DNA of 64,000 nucleotides from Octopus vulgaris (taxonomy: Eukaryota), in assembly GCA_951406725.2 (NCBI GenBank), contig OX597817.1, positions 157,294,001 through 157,358,000 on the forward strand. The letters are read 5' to 3'. Positions within the stretch are counted from its first letter, which is position 1; the number at the start of each line of letters is the position of its first letter. This document shows, in pieces, positions 26,113 to 39,801 of this stretch. The position numbers and the translations under genes were made by a program. Below the pieces are notes generated by a model, which saw only the letters and a program-made list of their open reading frames with translations, was not told the DNA's origin and ran no database searches.

Positions 26113-26470
26113 CATCATCATCATCATCATCATCATCGTTTAACGTCCGTTTTCCATGCTAGCATGGGTTGGACGGTTCGACCGGGGTCTGGTAAGCCAT
26201 GGAGGCTGCACCAGGCTCCAGTCTGGTTTGGCAGTGTCTCTACAGCTGGATGCCCCTCCTAACGCCAACCACTCCGTGAGTGTAGTGGGTGTTTTTTACG
26301 TACCACCGGCACAGGGGCCAGAGGAGGCTGGCAAATGGCCACGATTGGTTGGTGCATTTACGTGTCACCGACACGGACGCCAGTCAGGTGGCGCTGGCAT
26401 CTGCCACGTTCAGACGGTGCTTCTTACGTGGCACTGGCACGGGTGTCTTAACTACAATTTCCATTTGATT
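26113..26470 (-). mobile_element. SINE family A
   Basis: (CAT)n-gtttaacgtcc tail on the minus strand. Confidence 0.8.
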
Positions 26471-28534
26471 TTTGTGTGTTTAAGAATGTGGTCTTGGGTT
26501 CCGTCCCACAGTGCAGCACCTTGGACAAGTGTCTTCTATAGCCTTGGGCCAAGTGAAACCTGTCTGTTTGTCTCTCTTTGTGAGAAAGAGATAGACAGAC
26601 AGGTATGGATAGGTGGATGTTAAAATGATAATGATGATGCTGATTGGTGTGTCTATTCTCTGATTATCATGGCCTTGTGGATAAGCACTTCACTTTGCAA
26701 TTATGTGGTTTCAGGTTTGACCCCACTGCATAGCTCTGTGTGCAGGTGTCTTTTACTGTAACCTTAGCCTTGTGAGTGGAATTTGGAAGACAGAAGCTAT
26801 ATAGAAGTCCACCATGTGTGCACGTGTGTGTGTGTGTGTGTGTGTGTATATCTGGTAGAAAAGTGCCAAGTTGGCAGAATTGTTAGCACGCAAGACAAAA
26901 TGCTATGTGGCATTTCATCTGACTTTAGTGTCTAAGTTCAATTTCTGCAGAGGTTCACTTTGCCTTTCATCCTTTTGGGGTTGATGAAATAAGTGCCATT
27001 TGAGCCCTGTAGTCGATATAACTGGCTGACCCCTTCCTGCCTAATTTCAGACCTTATGCTTATTGTACAAAAATCTACTTGCACATTGTATAAAAGAAAT
27101 GTCATTATACAGATAATGTTGGTGTTGTTGTTGTTGTCGTTTAACATCTGTTTTATATGCCGGCATGGGTTAGACGGTTTGACTGAGGACTGGCGAGCCA
27201 GAAGGCTGCATCAGGCTCCAATCTGATCTGACAGTGTTTCTACAGCTGGATGCCCTTCCCAACGCCAACCTCTCCGAGAGTGTAGTGGGTGCTTTTTACA
27301 TGCTACCTGCACGGGGGCCAGTCAGGCGGTACTGGCAACGACCATGCTCAAAAGGTATTTTTTACGTGCCACTGCATGGGAGCCAGTCCGGCTGGCCCTT
27401 GAACAGCCTGTCATTTGAAAGAAGAAATAGAACTTCACTCAGCTATAAAAGAGAGAGTCAGTGAAAGAAGTGCGTCCAGGCATAGAAAAATCTACTATAA
27501 TAATACTCTTGTGTCTTTCTCCGTCATAACATATGAATGAGAAAGGAAGGAGTGATTGATGAATAAGGAAAGAAGGGGTGATATCAAACTGGAAGTGGGA
27601 TGGTGAACATTCAAAGCTGAAAAGGAAAATCAAACAGCGTTTCAACTCTGTGTGAGTATATGTGTGTATGTGTGTGCATGTACAAGGTAAGTTTGTGAAT
27701 GTTTGTATCTGTGATTATTATGAACCTTATTTATATATAAAATACTACAATTCGCCATCATTGTTGACGGCATGGGGCCAGCTAGTTGCTTTAACGAGTC
27801 TTGTCTATCATATGGTAGCTTGGAAAAATTAAATGTTAAAATGATGAAGATGACGAGAATTGATTGATTAATCTCCCATGCTGACATGTGATGGACAACT
27901 CACCATGAATTGAATTAGTTCATATTTGGAGTTAATGCTCTCCTAGGGAGGTCAGGACCATATCTCTTTTACGCACTTCATTTTGGCATATTTCTTTTGA
28001 CCAGACAGTCTTCCTGTTGCCAATCACTCGGTGCATTTTATCATGGCATCTCTATTAGAGAGGATGTTTTGTCTATAACAGAACTAAAGCTTGATTTCTA
28101 TGTTCACCATAACTAAAAGAGTTGTCTTCTCTCCAGCAGATAGAAGAGAGAGGGATGAGAGGGAACTAGTGCAGAAGGAGATGTAGGAGAGAGTAAGGGA
28201 GAACCAGAGTGATTGAAGTGAGGGGTAATAAAAGAGAAAGTAAAGGGAGAGAGAGAGAGCTTGAGTAGCATGTTGGGGGAAATCTATATATATATATAAA
28301 GGCGGCGAGCTGGCAGAAACGTTAGTGCGCCGGGCAAAACGCTTAGTGGTATTTCGTCTGTCGTTACATTCTGAGTTCAAATTACGCCGAGGTCGACTTT
28401 GCCTTTCATCCCTTTCGGGGTCGATAATTAAAGTACCAGTTGTGTACTGGGGTCGATGTAATCGACTTAATCCGTTTGTCTGTCCTTGTTTGTCCCCTCT
28501 ATGTTTAGCCCCTTGTGGGTAGTAAAGAAATATA

Positions 28535-28924
28535 TATATATATAAAGCTGAAGTTGTCTGTGTATGGCAGGTTTGGTAGCCTTCAACTAACACTATCTCC
28601 TCCGAGACCCTGCGGCGCAAGTTGACCAAAATTGAGAGTATGATAGAAGAAGGCTTGCTCTTCATTCCGTAGAAGAAAAAAATTCAAATCGGACCATGTT
28701 AACACCAAAAATTATTTACATCAAAAAGGTGCTTTTTTTCTATGAAAATCCCTATTTTTTACAATTTTTTTACTGCTGTGTCGCCATTTTTCGGTGTATT
28801 TCAACCAGAAAAATGTTCACTTAAAGAGAATAACAAGCTACATAATGCAAAATTTTTACTTTTCAAAAATTCCAATTCTAAAGGGTCGAAATAAACCCGA
28901 GCAACACCAGGCGATACTGCTAGT
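28535..28924 (+). mobile_element. Helitron-like non-autonomous element
   Basis: 5' tatatataaagctgaagttg; 3' hairpin cccgagcaacaccagg followed by CTAGT. Confidence 0.6.
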
Positions 28925-29039
28925 ACAGAATAGAAGTAGGGAGATAGTTATAAACGGAGTACTGGAAGAGAGAGAGAAAGAGAGATAGTGATGAACAGGA
29001 AAAAATACTGGAAGAGAGTGCGTGTGTGTGTGTCAACAG

Positions 29040-29460
29040 TATCCGAACGTGGCCGATGCCAGCGCCGCCCCGACTGGCTTCTGTGCCGGTGGCACATAAA
29101 AAGCACCATCCGAACATGGCCGACGCCAGCGCCGCTCCGACTGGCTTCTGTGCCGGTGGCACATAAAATGCACCATCCGAACGTTGCCAGTGCCGCCTTG
29201 GCTGGCTTCCGTGCCGCTGGCACGTTAAAAGCTCCAACCGATCGTGGCCGATGCCGGACCCCCCCTGGCACCTGTGCAGGTGGCACGTAAAAAGCACCCA
29301 CTACACTCGCGGAGTGGTTGGCGTTAGGAAGGGCATCAAGCCGTAGAAACTCTGCCAGATCAGGCTGGAGCCTGGAGCAGCCTCTGGCTTCCCAGACCCC
29401 GGTCGAACCATCCAACCCGTGCTAGCGCGGAAAACGGACGTTAAACGATGATGATGATGA
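29040..29460 (+). mobile_element. SINE family A with about four hairpin units
   Basis: Tandem ~67-bp units, then conserved tail. Confidence 0.8.
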
Positions 29461-30509
29461 ATAATGTGAGAGAGGATGTTGAAGATGTGTGTTTGTAAGA
29501 GATTGGGAGTTTTGGATGTCGATAATGGGTTACAAGGAAGGGAATCTTTTCCTTCTGTGTATGTTCTTCACCAATAACATAATACTTATTCACCCAGCGC
29601 TCATTCATGTACATCATTATATTCATATCACCACAGTTAACCCTCCTGCACCCTTTTTGCTGATGTTGTTAAAGTTCAGCTCTCTTTTGCTCAGTTTTTT
29701 CCCCTACAGGCTAACAGTTCATTCTTGACCTCATTTTTCTCTATCTACTTCAGGTCTTACACATGTGTCTCTTTAATGCCCACAAGTTATAGATTGGAAT
29801 ATGGCATCTGTGTTTTCATATCTAGAGTGAAACTATAATCTAACACCTTAAGTATCTTGGCAAATATCTCTGTGTCTTCCTTTGCCTTCATTTCTTTCAT
29901 TGCTGGCACATTATGTGTATAGTGGTGATAGTGCATGCTCCAAAAGGTGGCGAGCTGGCAGAAACGTTAGCACGCTGGGCGAAATACTTAGTGGTATTTC
30001 GCTTGCTGTTACGTTCTGAGTTCAAATTCCGCCGAGGTCGACTTTGCCTTTCATCTTTTTGGGGTCGATTAAATAAGTACCAGTTATGCACTGGGGTCGA
30101 TATAATCGACTTAATCCGTTTGTCTGTCCTTGTTTGTCCTCTCTGTGTTTAGCCCCTTGTGCACGCTCTATGATAGAAAGAAAATTACAGCTGGGTATGG
30201 GAATTTAGATTTAAGTTGTTCCTTTTTTTTTTTTAAGGTCTTATTTTTATTCTATAAGTTTTTGTCAGTTTGAAGTTTCAAATTGACAAAACTGAATTGT
30301 TTTTATAAGATGAAATGTCTGAAAATTGTGGATTGACATGAAATTGAAATTTGATCAGGAATCAATGTTAATTTTTTTCTATGAATTTCTATTTGAATTT
30401 CCCTTTTTATTGATTTTCAATTTAAGTTTAAATTCATTTTCTGTTTTTTCAGTTTTGTGATTTAATCTTTTCCTCTTTCATTTTAATTTATAAATGGTTC
30501 TGTAGATAA

Positions 30510-30730
30510 GTAGAGTAGTGTTGAAAGAGAGGAAGGCAGTCAATGAAATGATGGGAATAGAGCAAGTGATGGATGTTGTGAAAGAGAAACAGGATGAGAT
30601 GGTTGGGACATGTGCTGAAGAAGGAAGAAAGGGACTGGATGAGAAGAGTGATGGAAATGAATGTGGAAGGAAGTAAAAGAAGAAGAGGAAGCAGAAGATG
30701 AGACAAGACAGCGAAAGCTATTAATGATGC
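30510..30730 (+). mobile_element. RTE LINE 3' relic
   Basis: MRWLGHVLKK...WMRRVMEMNVEGSKRRR-like reading. Confidence 0.55.
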
Positions 30731-32386
30731 TCTGCAAGGATAAAACCAGATTTTAACAGGGAAAATGGCCTTAAAATGCTTGTTGATGTGTTAATTTATG
30801 AAAGCACTCAAGTTTTCTCAGCAGCTAACCGGCTTCCGTGCCAGTGGAAGTTAAAGAGCACCATTCGAGCGTGATCATTACCAGTGTCGCCTTACAGGCA
30901 CTTGTGCCCATGCTAGTAGGGTGCCAAGAGCACCACCCGAGCGTGATCGTTACCAGAGCGGCTAACTGGCCTCCGTACCCGTGGCACGTAAAAGGGCACC
31001 ATTCAAGCGTGATTGTTACCAACGTCGTCTTACTGGCACCTGTGCTGGTGGCATGTGTAAAAGGATTCGAGCGAGGTTGTTGCCAGTACCGCCTGACTGG
31101 CCCCCATGCCGGTGGCACGTAAAAAGCACCCACTACACTCTCAGAGTGGTTGGCGTTAGGAAGGGCATCCAGCTGTAGAAACTCTGCCAAATCAAGATTG
31201 GAGCCTGGTGCAGTCATCTGGTTCGCCAGCTCTCAGTCAAAATCGTCCAACCCATGCTAGCATGGAAAGCGGACGTTAAACAACAATGATGATGTTGATG
31301 ATGAAACATAGGATCCTTAATATATAATTGATTGGGAATTTCTTCCTTGTCTATTCTGTCTGTGTGTGCATGTGCATGCATTGATATTGTATTGTCTTTT
31401 AAAAAGGATAATTATATGAAGTCAGATAAGCATTGACAAGTAAGTAGTAAGTTCTCAAGCATAGTTTCAGCTCCTAGTTTGAACCAATTTACTTCATTTT
31501 CACCAATAATGGCCCAAGAAAGGCCTGAATGCTAAACAGTCCTCATTCTTCATCTCTATAACCTTATAGCCTTCTACTGACAGGAGTTGGAAAAAGTTCA
31601 GTGAACTCTTGACCTTTGACTGGAAAGATCCAATGAACTCTTGACCCTTATGTATATATATATCTATATATATAAAGGCTACCCCCAATTTATAAACCCC
31701 TGTCACTTTGCCACATTTACAAATAACAACATGTCAACAAACTCAAGTCAGTCTTTTTTTCAACTCAGTTTATGAAATCAATGTGTTTTTTTTTTTTTTT
31801 TGTTTATTAGTTTAGTTTAGGATGTGACAATCACAGGAATATTGTGTCAGCTTGTTTTGTTTGACATTTGCAATGGATGTCTATAGTGCTGTAGGTAAAG
31901 TCAGCCTGACTTTGTGGCCATAAGGTATGAGCTGTCATTTATGCTGTTATTATTGTGATTGCAATTGTCTTCATAATCTAATGGAACTTGTTTGTTAAGC
32001 ACTTTAGCTGCACATTATTTCTGAATAGCTAACTAGTGATGGTGGTGGTGGTGGTGGTGGCATTTGTTTCAGTTTGTTTTTTTTTTTTTTTTTTTTTTCT
32101 GACATTGTGGTAGATATTGGTCCACAGGATTGTGGCTCTGTTCATAACCTACTGTTGAGTAACACATAATTCTGCTTTATTTGAATTTACTTAGCTGTGG
32201 TGAATAATAGATGAACCAGCTGTTGGGTTTTGTTTTTTCCAAACCTGGGAAATGTTATCCTTAATAGACTGATGTTATTTTCCAGGCAAAATTGATATCT
32301 TATCTGGTTAACAGTACAGAAAGTTAGCTTTAAGAGCTTCATTACAAATCCTTGTCGTTCCTAAAAAATAATTGGTAAATTCAATC

Positions 32387-32929
32387 TTTACTCTTTTACT
32401 TGTTTCAGTCATTTGACTGCGGCCATGCTGGAGCACCGCCTTTAGTCGAGCAAATCGACCCCGGGACTTATTCTTTGTAAGCCCAGTACTTATTCTATCG
32501 GTCTCTTTTGCCGAACCGCTAAGTGATGGGGACGTAAACACGCCAGCATCGGTTGTCAAGCAATGCTAGGGGGGGACAAACACAGACACACAAATATATA
32601 CACACATATACATATATATATATATATATATACGACAGGCTTCTTTCAGTTTCCGTCTACCAAATCCACTCACAAGGCTTTGGTCGGCCCGAGGCTATAG
32701 TAGAAGACACATGCCCAAGGTGCCATGCAGTGGGACTGAACCCGGACCATATGGTTGGTAGACAGGCTACTTACCACACAGCCACTCCTGCGCCTTTGTT
32801 GGATTCTTTGTAAGCCTAGTACTTATTCTATTGGTCTCTTTTACTGAACCGCTAAGTTACGGGGACGTAAACACCAACATCGGTTGTCAAACGATATTGG
32901 GGGGACAAACACAGACACACAAACACACT

Positions 32930-32994
<65 letters not shown>

Positions 32995-33363
32995 GTGGCA
33001 TACAAGAAAACCATCCAAACGTGGCCGTAGCCAGTACCGCATCGACTGGCCTCCGTGCTGTGGGCACGTAACAAACACCATCCGATCGTGGCCGTTTGCC
33101 AGCCTCATCTGGCACCTGTGTCGGTGGCACATAAAAACACCATCCGAGCGTGGCCGTCTGCCAGCCTCGTCTGGCACTGTGTCGGTGGCACATAAAATAA
33201 CCCACTACACTCTCGGAGTGGTTGGCGTTAGGAAGGGCATCCAGCTGTAGAAACACTGCCAGATCTGACTGGCCTGGTGCAGCCTTCAGGCTCCTCAGAC
33301 CCCATTTGAACCGTCCAACCCATGCTAGCATGGGAAGAGGACGTTAAATGATGATGATGATGA

Positions 33364-33400
<37 letters not shown>

Positions 33401-33560
33401 CGACGAGCTTCTTTCAGTTTCCGTCTACCAAATCCACTCACAAGTCTTCGGTCGGCCCGAGGCTATAGTAGAAGACACTTGCCCAAGGTGCCATGCAGTG
33501 GAACTGAACCCGGAACCATGTGGTTGGTAAGCAAGCTTCTTACCACACAGCCACTCTTGA
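32387..33560. mobile_element. Cluster of family C SINEs (-) with a family A SINE (+, 32991-33366) inserted in the internal (TA)n
   Basis: Two family C copies; the second is split at its microsatellite by the family A copy. Confidence 0.7.
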
Positions 33561-33929
33561 ATCAGTACATTGTATGGAATTCGTACCTACCCCTTTTATG
33601 CATATCAGTCACTTTCCAGATAGTTATAAAGTTATGTCATTTTGCTATGTAAAACTTACATTTTTGTTAGGTTTATTTTGAGGTTCATCAATTCTAAGTT
33701 TTGCTTCCACAATTAGAATTTCTTCTCTAAATTTTCAACAGATTCAGCTCAGTTGTTGGTGTACAATGGTTCAAGCAGACAATTGGTCTTGAATTTTCTG
33801 TTATAGTCTGGAGAACTATAATAAACAAGAGTGGGGCTAAGAATCAAGTCTTGGTAGACACTTACTTGCCACTAAGTTCCTTGCTGAACTCATATCCAGT
33901 TCTCACTTTGCATCTCTATACATGGTTTG

Positions 33930-34210
33930 CACAGTTCTCACAAACCATTCATATGTACCTCAGTTTTTTAAAGATCACCAGACAACAGATTATGGTAGCC
34001 TGTTAAAGGCCTTCTCCAGATCAACAAATGCTAGTCATAGTAGCTAAGAACTTCTCTTGTACTTGTCTCACTTTGAAGAGTGCATCAATGATATTCTTTT
34101 CCTGACAAAAATCTGAACTGCATCTATATCCAAGATGTTCTTCCTAATCAGTTTTGTAATAACTCTTTCCATTACTTCTCAAGCCTGTCTCTTAACATTT
34201 GTGACTCTAT
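33930..34210 (-). mobile_element. LINE reverse transcriptase relic
   Basis: Minus strand gives LAFVDLEKAFNRL, an RT motif. Confidence 0.6.
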
Positions 34211-35146
34211 CTACAGCATTATTCCACCACCATGACATGATGTTAGAATATCTAGATTATTCTGTTGCTTAGCGGTCGTAATCTATAGATAAATTAGCAA
34301 AAATAATCATAAAGAGGAGCATATTCTGTTGTGTCTGGGGAGAGTCATTCTTTTTTAGCGCCTTATGATTTAACACACTCACCGGTAAAAATTTCCACTT
34401 ACTTTATTTTTCTAAGATTTTCATTGCATCTTGCAACCTTGTCAATAGTTTTGAAAGTCAAAACTATGCTTCTACAAGAAGCAAAAATATGCTTCAACAC
34501 ACGAACTCACATAAAGAATCTTGCAAACTAAATCCAAAAACGATATAAAGAGTAGCTTTTTCATAAACAAATGTTTAGCAATTCAATTCAACTGAAACAT
34601 CTTAGCTTCATCTCCAAATGTTTTCTGTTCTTGGTAAAAGACATCTCAAAAATAGCAAGCTATTGGTTTATTTTACAGCCTGCTATTTCATAGTGTCACC
34701 ACACTTTTGAATATTTGCTCATCCATTCTCTCTCTTTCACTTAAATATAAATTTGATTTCTGTTGCTTAGCATTAGTAATTTGTAATTAAACATTTAACC
34801 TTGATCTAAAATAATTTTGAGATTATAACCTCTAGGGAGAACAAATAAGTCTAAATATATATACATTCTTTTATACAGTGTTTTAAATTCAAATGCTCTG
34901 TGGTGTGTTGCATAAAATTTCTCATATACACATTTGTGTAGCTTTCTATCAGCTTGTCATACCAATCTCTAAATTCAGAAATACTTGATATCAGACAAGC
35001 AGCACTTGCACTTGCAAAGCATTTTATAATTTATTCATCTTCAACACCATTGTCATATTTATTTCTACTAGCTTTTCACCAGATTTATCTTGTATCAGAT
35101 TGGTTTGTTGTTGTTAAAGTCAATGTTTTTTTTGCTTCTTTTGTAG

Positions 35147-35220
35147 CTACAGAAGCTTCCAAAGAGACATCACCTGAAGCTGCAGCAACTAAAGACAACA
35201 GTAATACAGCAGTAAAACAG
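35147..35220 (+). CDS. APLF: APLF-like exon D (PTEASKETSPEAAATKDNSNTAVKQ)
   Basis: Acceptor tttgcttcttttgtag and donor gtgtgt; phase 1-0, in frame. Confidence 0.75.
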
Positions 35221-35408
35221 GTGTGTATTATTTTTCCTGTCTACCTTGTAGTTTAATTTTTTGTTTTGTTTATACTCATTCTTTATCTTTCTCTCTGAAT
35301 GAACTTTTTTTTTCTTTTTTTTCATCACCCTAAGATGTGTTTCACCCATGACCCATCAAAGACAGCTTGGCTTTAGAGCAGGGGTTGGAGAACTTTTTTA
35401 ACCCAAAG

Positions 35409-36430
35409 TATTGGGTCATCCCTTAAATAATGCAGTTTTTTGTTATACTTCTTTTATTCTTCAAAATTAAGATAAGCAAAGTTCTTTTTTAATCTAAAAA
35501 TATACTCTCCTTTGTTTTCTACAATGCTCTTCCATCTATCTGATAGACAATGCCCTTCTATTTATCTAGTAGACAATGTTCTTCCATCTATCTAGTAGAC
35601 TTGCAAGGCTCCTCTTCCAAAATTCAATTGTCTGTGATGAAGAATATTCCTCCAATACTGTTCTGACCTCATCTACAGAATTCATGTTTTTTCTGTCCAA
35701 ATGATTTTGAAGACTGCAGAATAAATGATAATCAGATGGGGCAATGTCTGGCAAATATGGTGGGTGGGGCATCGTTTCCCATTTAAACTGCTCCAGCCTT
35801 TGGAATGTCATCCTTACTGTATGTGGCTGAGCATTACCCTGATGGAGGAACACCTTTCATCTTGAAACCAAAGATGGTCATTTTTCTTCTAGTGCTGACT
35901 TAAGCCACTCAAGCTACTCACAGTAGATCTTCTTTGTTATCATTTGGCTTGGGTTTAAAACTTCAAAGTGGACTAAACTTTTCATATCCCACCAAACAGA
36001 TGACAATACCTTACATGGGTGAAGACCTTCTTTAGCCTGAGTCTGCCAGGGTTTCTCCTTTCTCTACCCGCTGTCTTTGGTGCTTGACATTTTCATAGAG
36101 AACCCATTTCTCATCAAAAAAGGTTCATTTGTAAGACGTGACAGCAAAGAAAAGCACACATTCACTGTCTGTGCGTGATTAGACTTGGAAAGTTTGTGAG
36201 GAACCCATTAACCCAATTTACTGACTTTTCTGATGACATGCAGGTGTTGATGAATGGTCAACCGACCAAATCCGAGCTTCTCTGCTAGTTCCTCAACAGT
36301 TACAACGGAATTTTGTTCCACCAGAGTTTGTAGGATGTCCTTGTCGAGCTCTACAGATCTTCCAAGATGAAGCTCATCTTTTAGGCTGTAGTTTCTGGCT
36401 CGGAATTTCTGGAACCACCATTGACACTGA
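35409..36430 (-). mobile_element. Mariner transposase relic
   Basis: ORF 35566..35853 LHQGNAQPH...PHPPYLPDIAPSDYHLF matches the mariner HDNARPH and YSPDLAPSD motifs; TIR-like tattgggtcatcccttaaataatgc. Confidence 0.85.
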
Positions 36431-36572
36431 CTTACACTTATTGTCCAACCTCCATATACTTCATTAAGAAGTATATGGAGAATGCCAAGAATGGTTGTCC
36501 TATAAATGGAGGCATTTCACAAGAGAAATCCAACTGTAACCATAACATCATACCATTTTGTGTGTGTTTCAG

Positions 36573-36744
36573 GAAGAAAAAGCCAACCCCACATCCAAAG
36601 AAGACACCAAGAAAGAATTATCTGATGCTCCCAACTCCAAAAAACGAAAACTTTCTGAAGCAGCAGATAACACAAGTGAGACAACTACCACAGAAACACC
36701 TGAACAGAAAGAAAAACCACAAAAGGCAAACACACGAAGTGGAG
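36573..36744 (+). CDS. APLF: APLF-like exon E (EEKANPTSK...NSKKRKLSE...NTRSG; candidate NLS KKRK)
   Basis: Acceptor tgtgtttcag and donor gtttgt; phase 0-1; overlaps ORF 36558..36752. Confidence 0.8.
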
Positions 36745-37585
36745 GTTTGTAATCTTTTATTGTCTTTAATCACTGAAACTTCTCCTTACTATCATTATTA
36801 TGAAGGATTTCTTATCCTAGCACGAACAGTGTTGAAGTGAAATATTAGTGCAATTTCTTATTAACTATACTCCTACACTACAAAAAGTTACAGTGCAGTG
36901 GTATGGTAAGAAGTTTGCTTTCCAACCTCTTGGCTCCAGGTTCAGTCCCACTGCGTGTCAACTTGGGTAAATGTCTTCTACTGTAGCTCTAGGCTGGTGA
37001 AAGCATTGTGAGTGGATTTGTTAGACATGTGTAAAAGATTCAAGCGAAGTCGTTGCCAGTACTGCCTGACTGGCCCCGTGCCGGTGGCACGTAAAAGCAC
37101 CCACTACACTCTCTGAGTGGTTGGCGTTAGGAAGGGCATCCAGCTGTAGAAACTCTGCCAGATCAAGATTGAAACCTGGTGCAGCCATCTGGTTTGCCAG
37201 CCCTCAGTCATACGTTCAACCCATGCTAGCATGGAAAGCAGACGTTAAACGATGATGATGTTGATGATGATGAAAATAAAAGAAGCTTGTTGTGTGTGTG
37301 TTTGTGTCTCCTTGTCTTGACATCACATGATGGTTGTAAAATGATTGTCACTGTCATACAAACTGTGTTATTCATTTCCAGTGTTCTGTGAGAACATGTC
37401 ATGCTTGGAAACAGGTGATGGTTGATGACAGGAAGGGCATCTGGCCCGAGAAAATTAGCGTTGGTAAACTTCAGTTCAGCCCATACAAGCATGGAAAAGT
37501 ACACATTAAAATGATGATGTTTCTAAATATGAAACCTGTTTCCTGAGCTATATCCACAGTAAAGACACTCTCAGTGACACTTTCT

Positions 37586-37654
37586 GCATATGGCACAGTG
37601 GTTAAGAGTGCAGGCTACTAACCCCAAGATTCCAAGTTCGATTCCAGGCAGTGA

Positions 37655-37690
<36 letters not shown>

Positions 37691-37839
37691 CAGTAACATC
37701 AAAAAATACCTTAGGAATGAGAACCCAGATTCGAAATTTCCCCAAGACACCTGATGAAGGCTGGAGGGTATATCAGTCGAAATGTTGTGTTAACAACAAA
37801 CAAGATGAGGACAAATATCTGTCAAATGTAAATAATGTA
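37586..37839 (+). mobile_element. tRNA-headed SINE with hammerhead ribozyme, copy 2
   Basis: A box TGGCACAGTGG 37591-37601, B box GTTCGATTC 37636-37644, (AAT)n; colinear with 17239-17491. Confidence 0.8.
37746..37791 (+). ncRNA. Minimal type I hammerhead ribozyme motif (Penelope-like)
   Basis: GACAC-CTGATGA-A-GGCTGG(agggtata)TCAGTC-GAAA-TGTT-GTGTT. Stem I, stem II (with G-U pairs) and both catalytic boxes are present. Confidence 0.65.
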
Positions 37840-39801
37840 AATTATTGTTGTGAAGAGATGTATCAAAAAAGACAAAAACAAAAAAAAAAAAAAAGAGAGA
37901 AAGAAAAGAAACTGGCACTGCAATGGTTACAATAATGAGAGTTCCAGTTGGTTTGATCAACGGAACAGCCCGCTTGTGAAATGAATTTGCAAGTGGCTGA
38001 GCACTCTGCAGACACACATACCCTTAACATAGTTCTCGGGGAGATTCAGCATGACACAAGTGTGACAAGGCTGGCCCTTTGAAATACAGGTACAACTCAT
38101 TTTTGCCAGCTGAGTGAACTGGAGCAACATGAAATAAAGTCAACCATAACCAGTAAGCCACATGTGATTTAGTGGTTGGGGTATTCGGCTCACAGTTGTA
38201 AGGGCATGAATTTGATTTCTGAGGCAAGTGAAATCGAAATTGAAATCAAATTCGATGACTAGCATCCATGCTAGTGAAATGCTAAGAGTACCGTATGAGC
38301 GTGATCGTTGCCAGAGCGACAAGCTGGCCTCCATGCCGATGGCACGTAAAAAATAACATTCGAGCGTGATTGTTACTTGTGTTGCCTTACTGGCACTTGT
38401 GCTGGTGCCATGTGAAAAAAACATTCGAGCGAAGTCGTTACCAGTGCCACTGGACTGGCTCCTGAGCAGGTGGTACATAAAAAGCACCATTTGAGTGTGG
38501 CCGTTGCCAGTACCACCTGACTGGCCCTCATGCCGGTGGCACGTAAAAGCACCCACTACACTCTCGGAGTGGTTGGCATTAGGAAGGGCATCCAGCTGTA
38601 GAAACTCTGCCAGGTCAGATTGGAGCTTGGTGCAGCCATCTGGTTCGCCAGACCTCAGTCAAATCGTCCAACCCATGCTAACATGGAAAGCGGACGTTAA
38701 ACGATGATGATGATGATGTGGCATGTTGTGTCCTTGAGCAAGACACTTTATTTCATGTCACTCCAGTCCACTCAGCTGGTAAAAAAGTGCGACAGAATGT
38801 GTCACACTGAATCTCCCTGGGAACTACATTAAAGGTATGTGCGTCTCTGGAGTACTCAACCACTTGCTCGTTAATTTCACAAGCAGGTTGTTACATTGAT
38901 TGGACCAACTGGAATTATCTGCATGCATCAAGGAGGTTGTATGATTGATGAGTGTTTTGGTTGTTGACTAGAATTGCTGGTTCAAAACCTTCAGTGGGTT
39001 TGGAGAAGCCAATGTGAAACCCCATTTCAGTGTATTTTTTGAAACACTACACGAAGAGGAAGTTTTTAGTGTTGTCCTAGTAGCTCAGTGAGTTTTGAAC
39101 ACTGACTCTGTAATTCACATGAGATGTGACTTGACTGGCTTCCGTGCCAATGGCATGTAAAAAGTACCAACCAATTGTGGCCATTGCCAGCCTCCTCTGG
39201 CACCTAAAAAGCACCATCCATATGTGGCCAATGCCAGCGCCGCCTTGACTGGCTTCCGTGTCGGTGACATGTAAAAACCACCAACCGATTGTGGCCGTTG
39301 CTAGCCTCCCCTGGCTTCTGTGCCGGTGGCATGTAAAAAGCACCAACCGATCATGGCCGTTGCCAGTCTCCCCTGGCACGTAAAAAGCACCCACTACACT
39401 CACGGAGTGGTTGGCATTAGGAAGGGCATCCAGCTATAAAAACACTGCCAGATCAGACTGGAGCCTGGTGCAGCGTCCTGGCTTCCCAGACCCTGGTCGA
39501 ACCGTCCAACCCATGCTAGCATGGATAACGTACGTTAAACGATGATGATGATGATGATGTCGATTCCAAAAGGAGGAAACTAAAGCAGTGACATGTGACT
39601 TCCTGTTTATCTCATAATAGCTTTGATAACACTTCATGAAATTTATATAAAATAGAAATAAGTTGAGCTGACTGATATAGCAGGATGTTTTTTGACAAGC
39701 CATAAGTGTAAACATTTTACATGCCAGCACTGGAACTGTGTATTATTTATTACTAAAATCACTTACTTGGCTCCTGCTGGCTGACCCTATCTAGCTATAA
39801 G

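Noticed and set aside
28084-28665. Longest ORF in the track (193 aa)
   Set aside because: It reads through a Helitron-like piece, a family B SINE and a purine tract; no protein signal.
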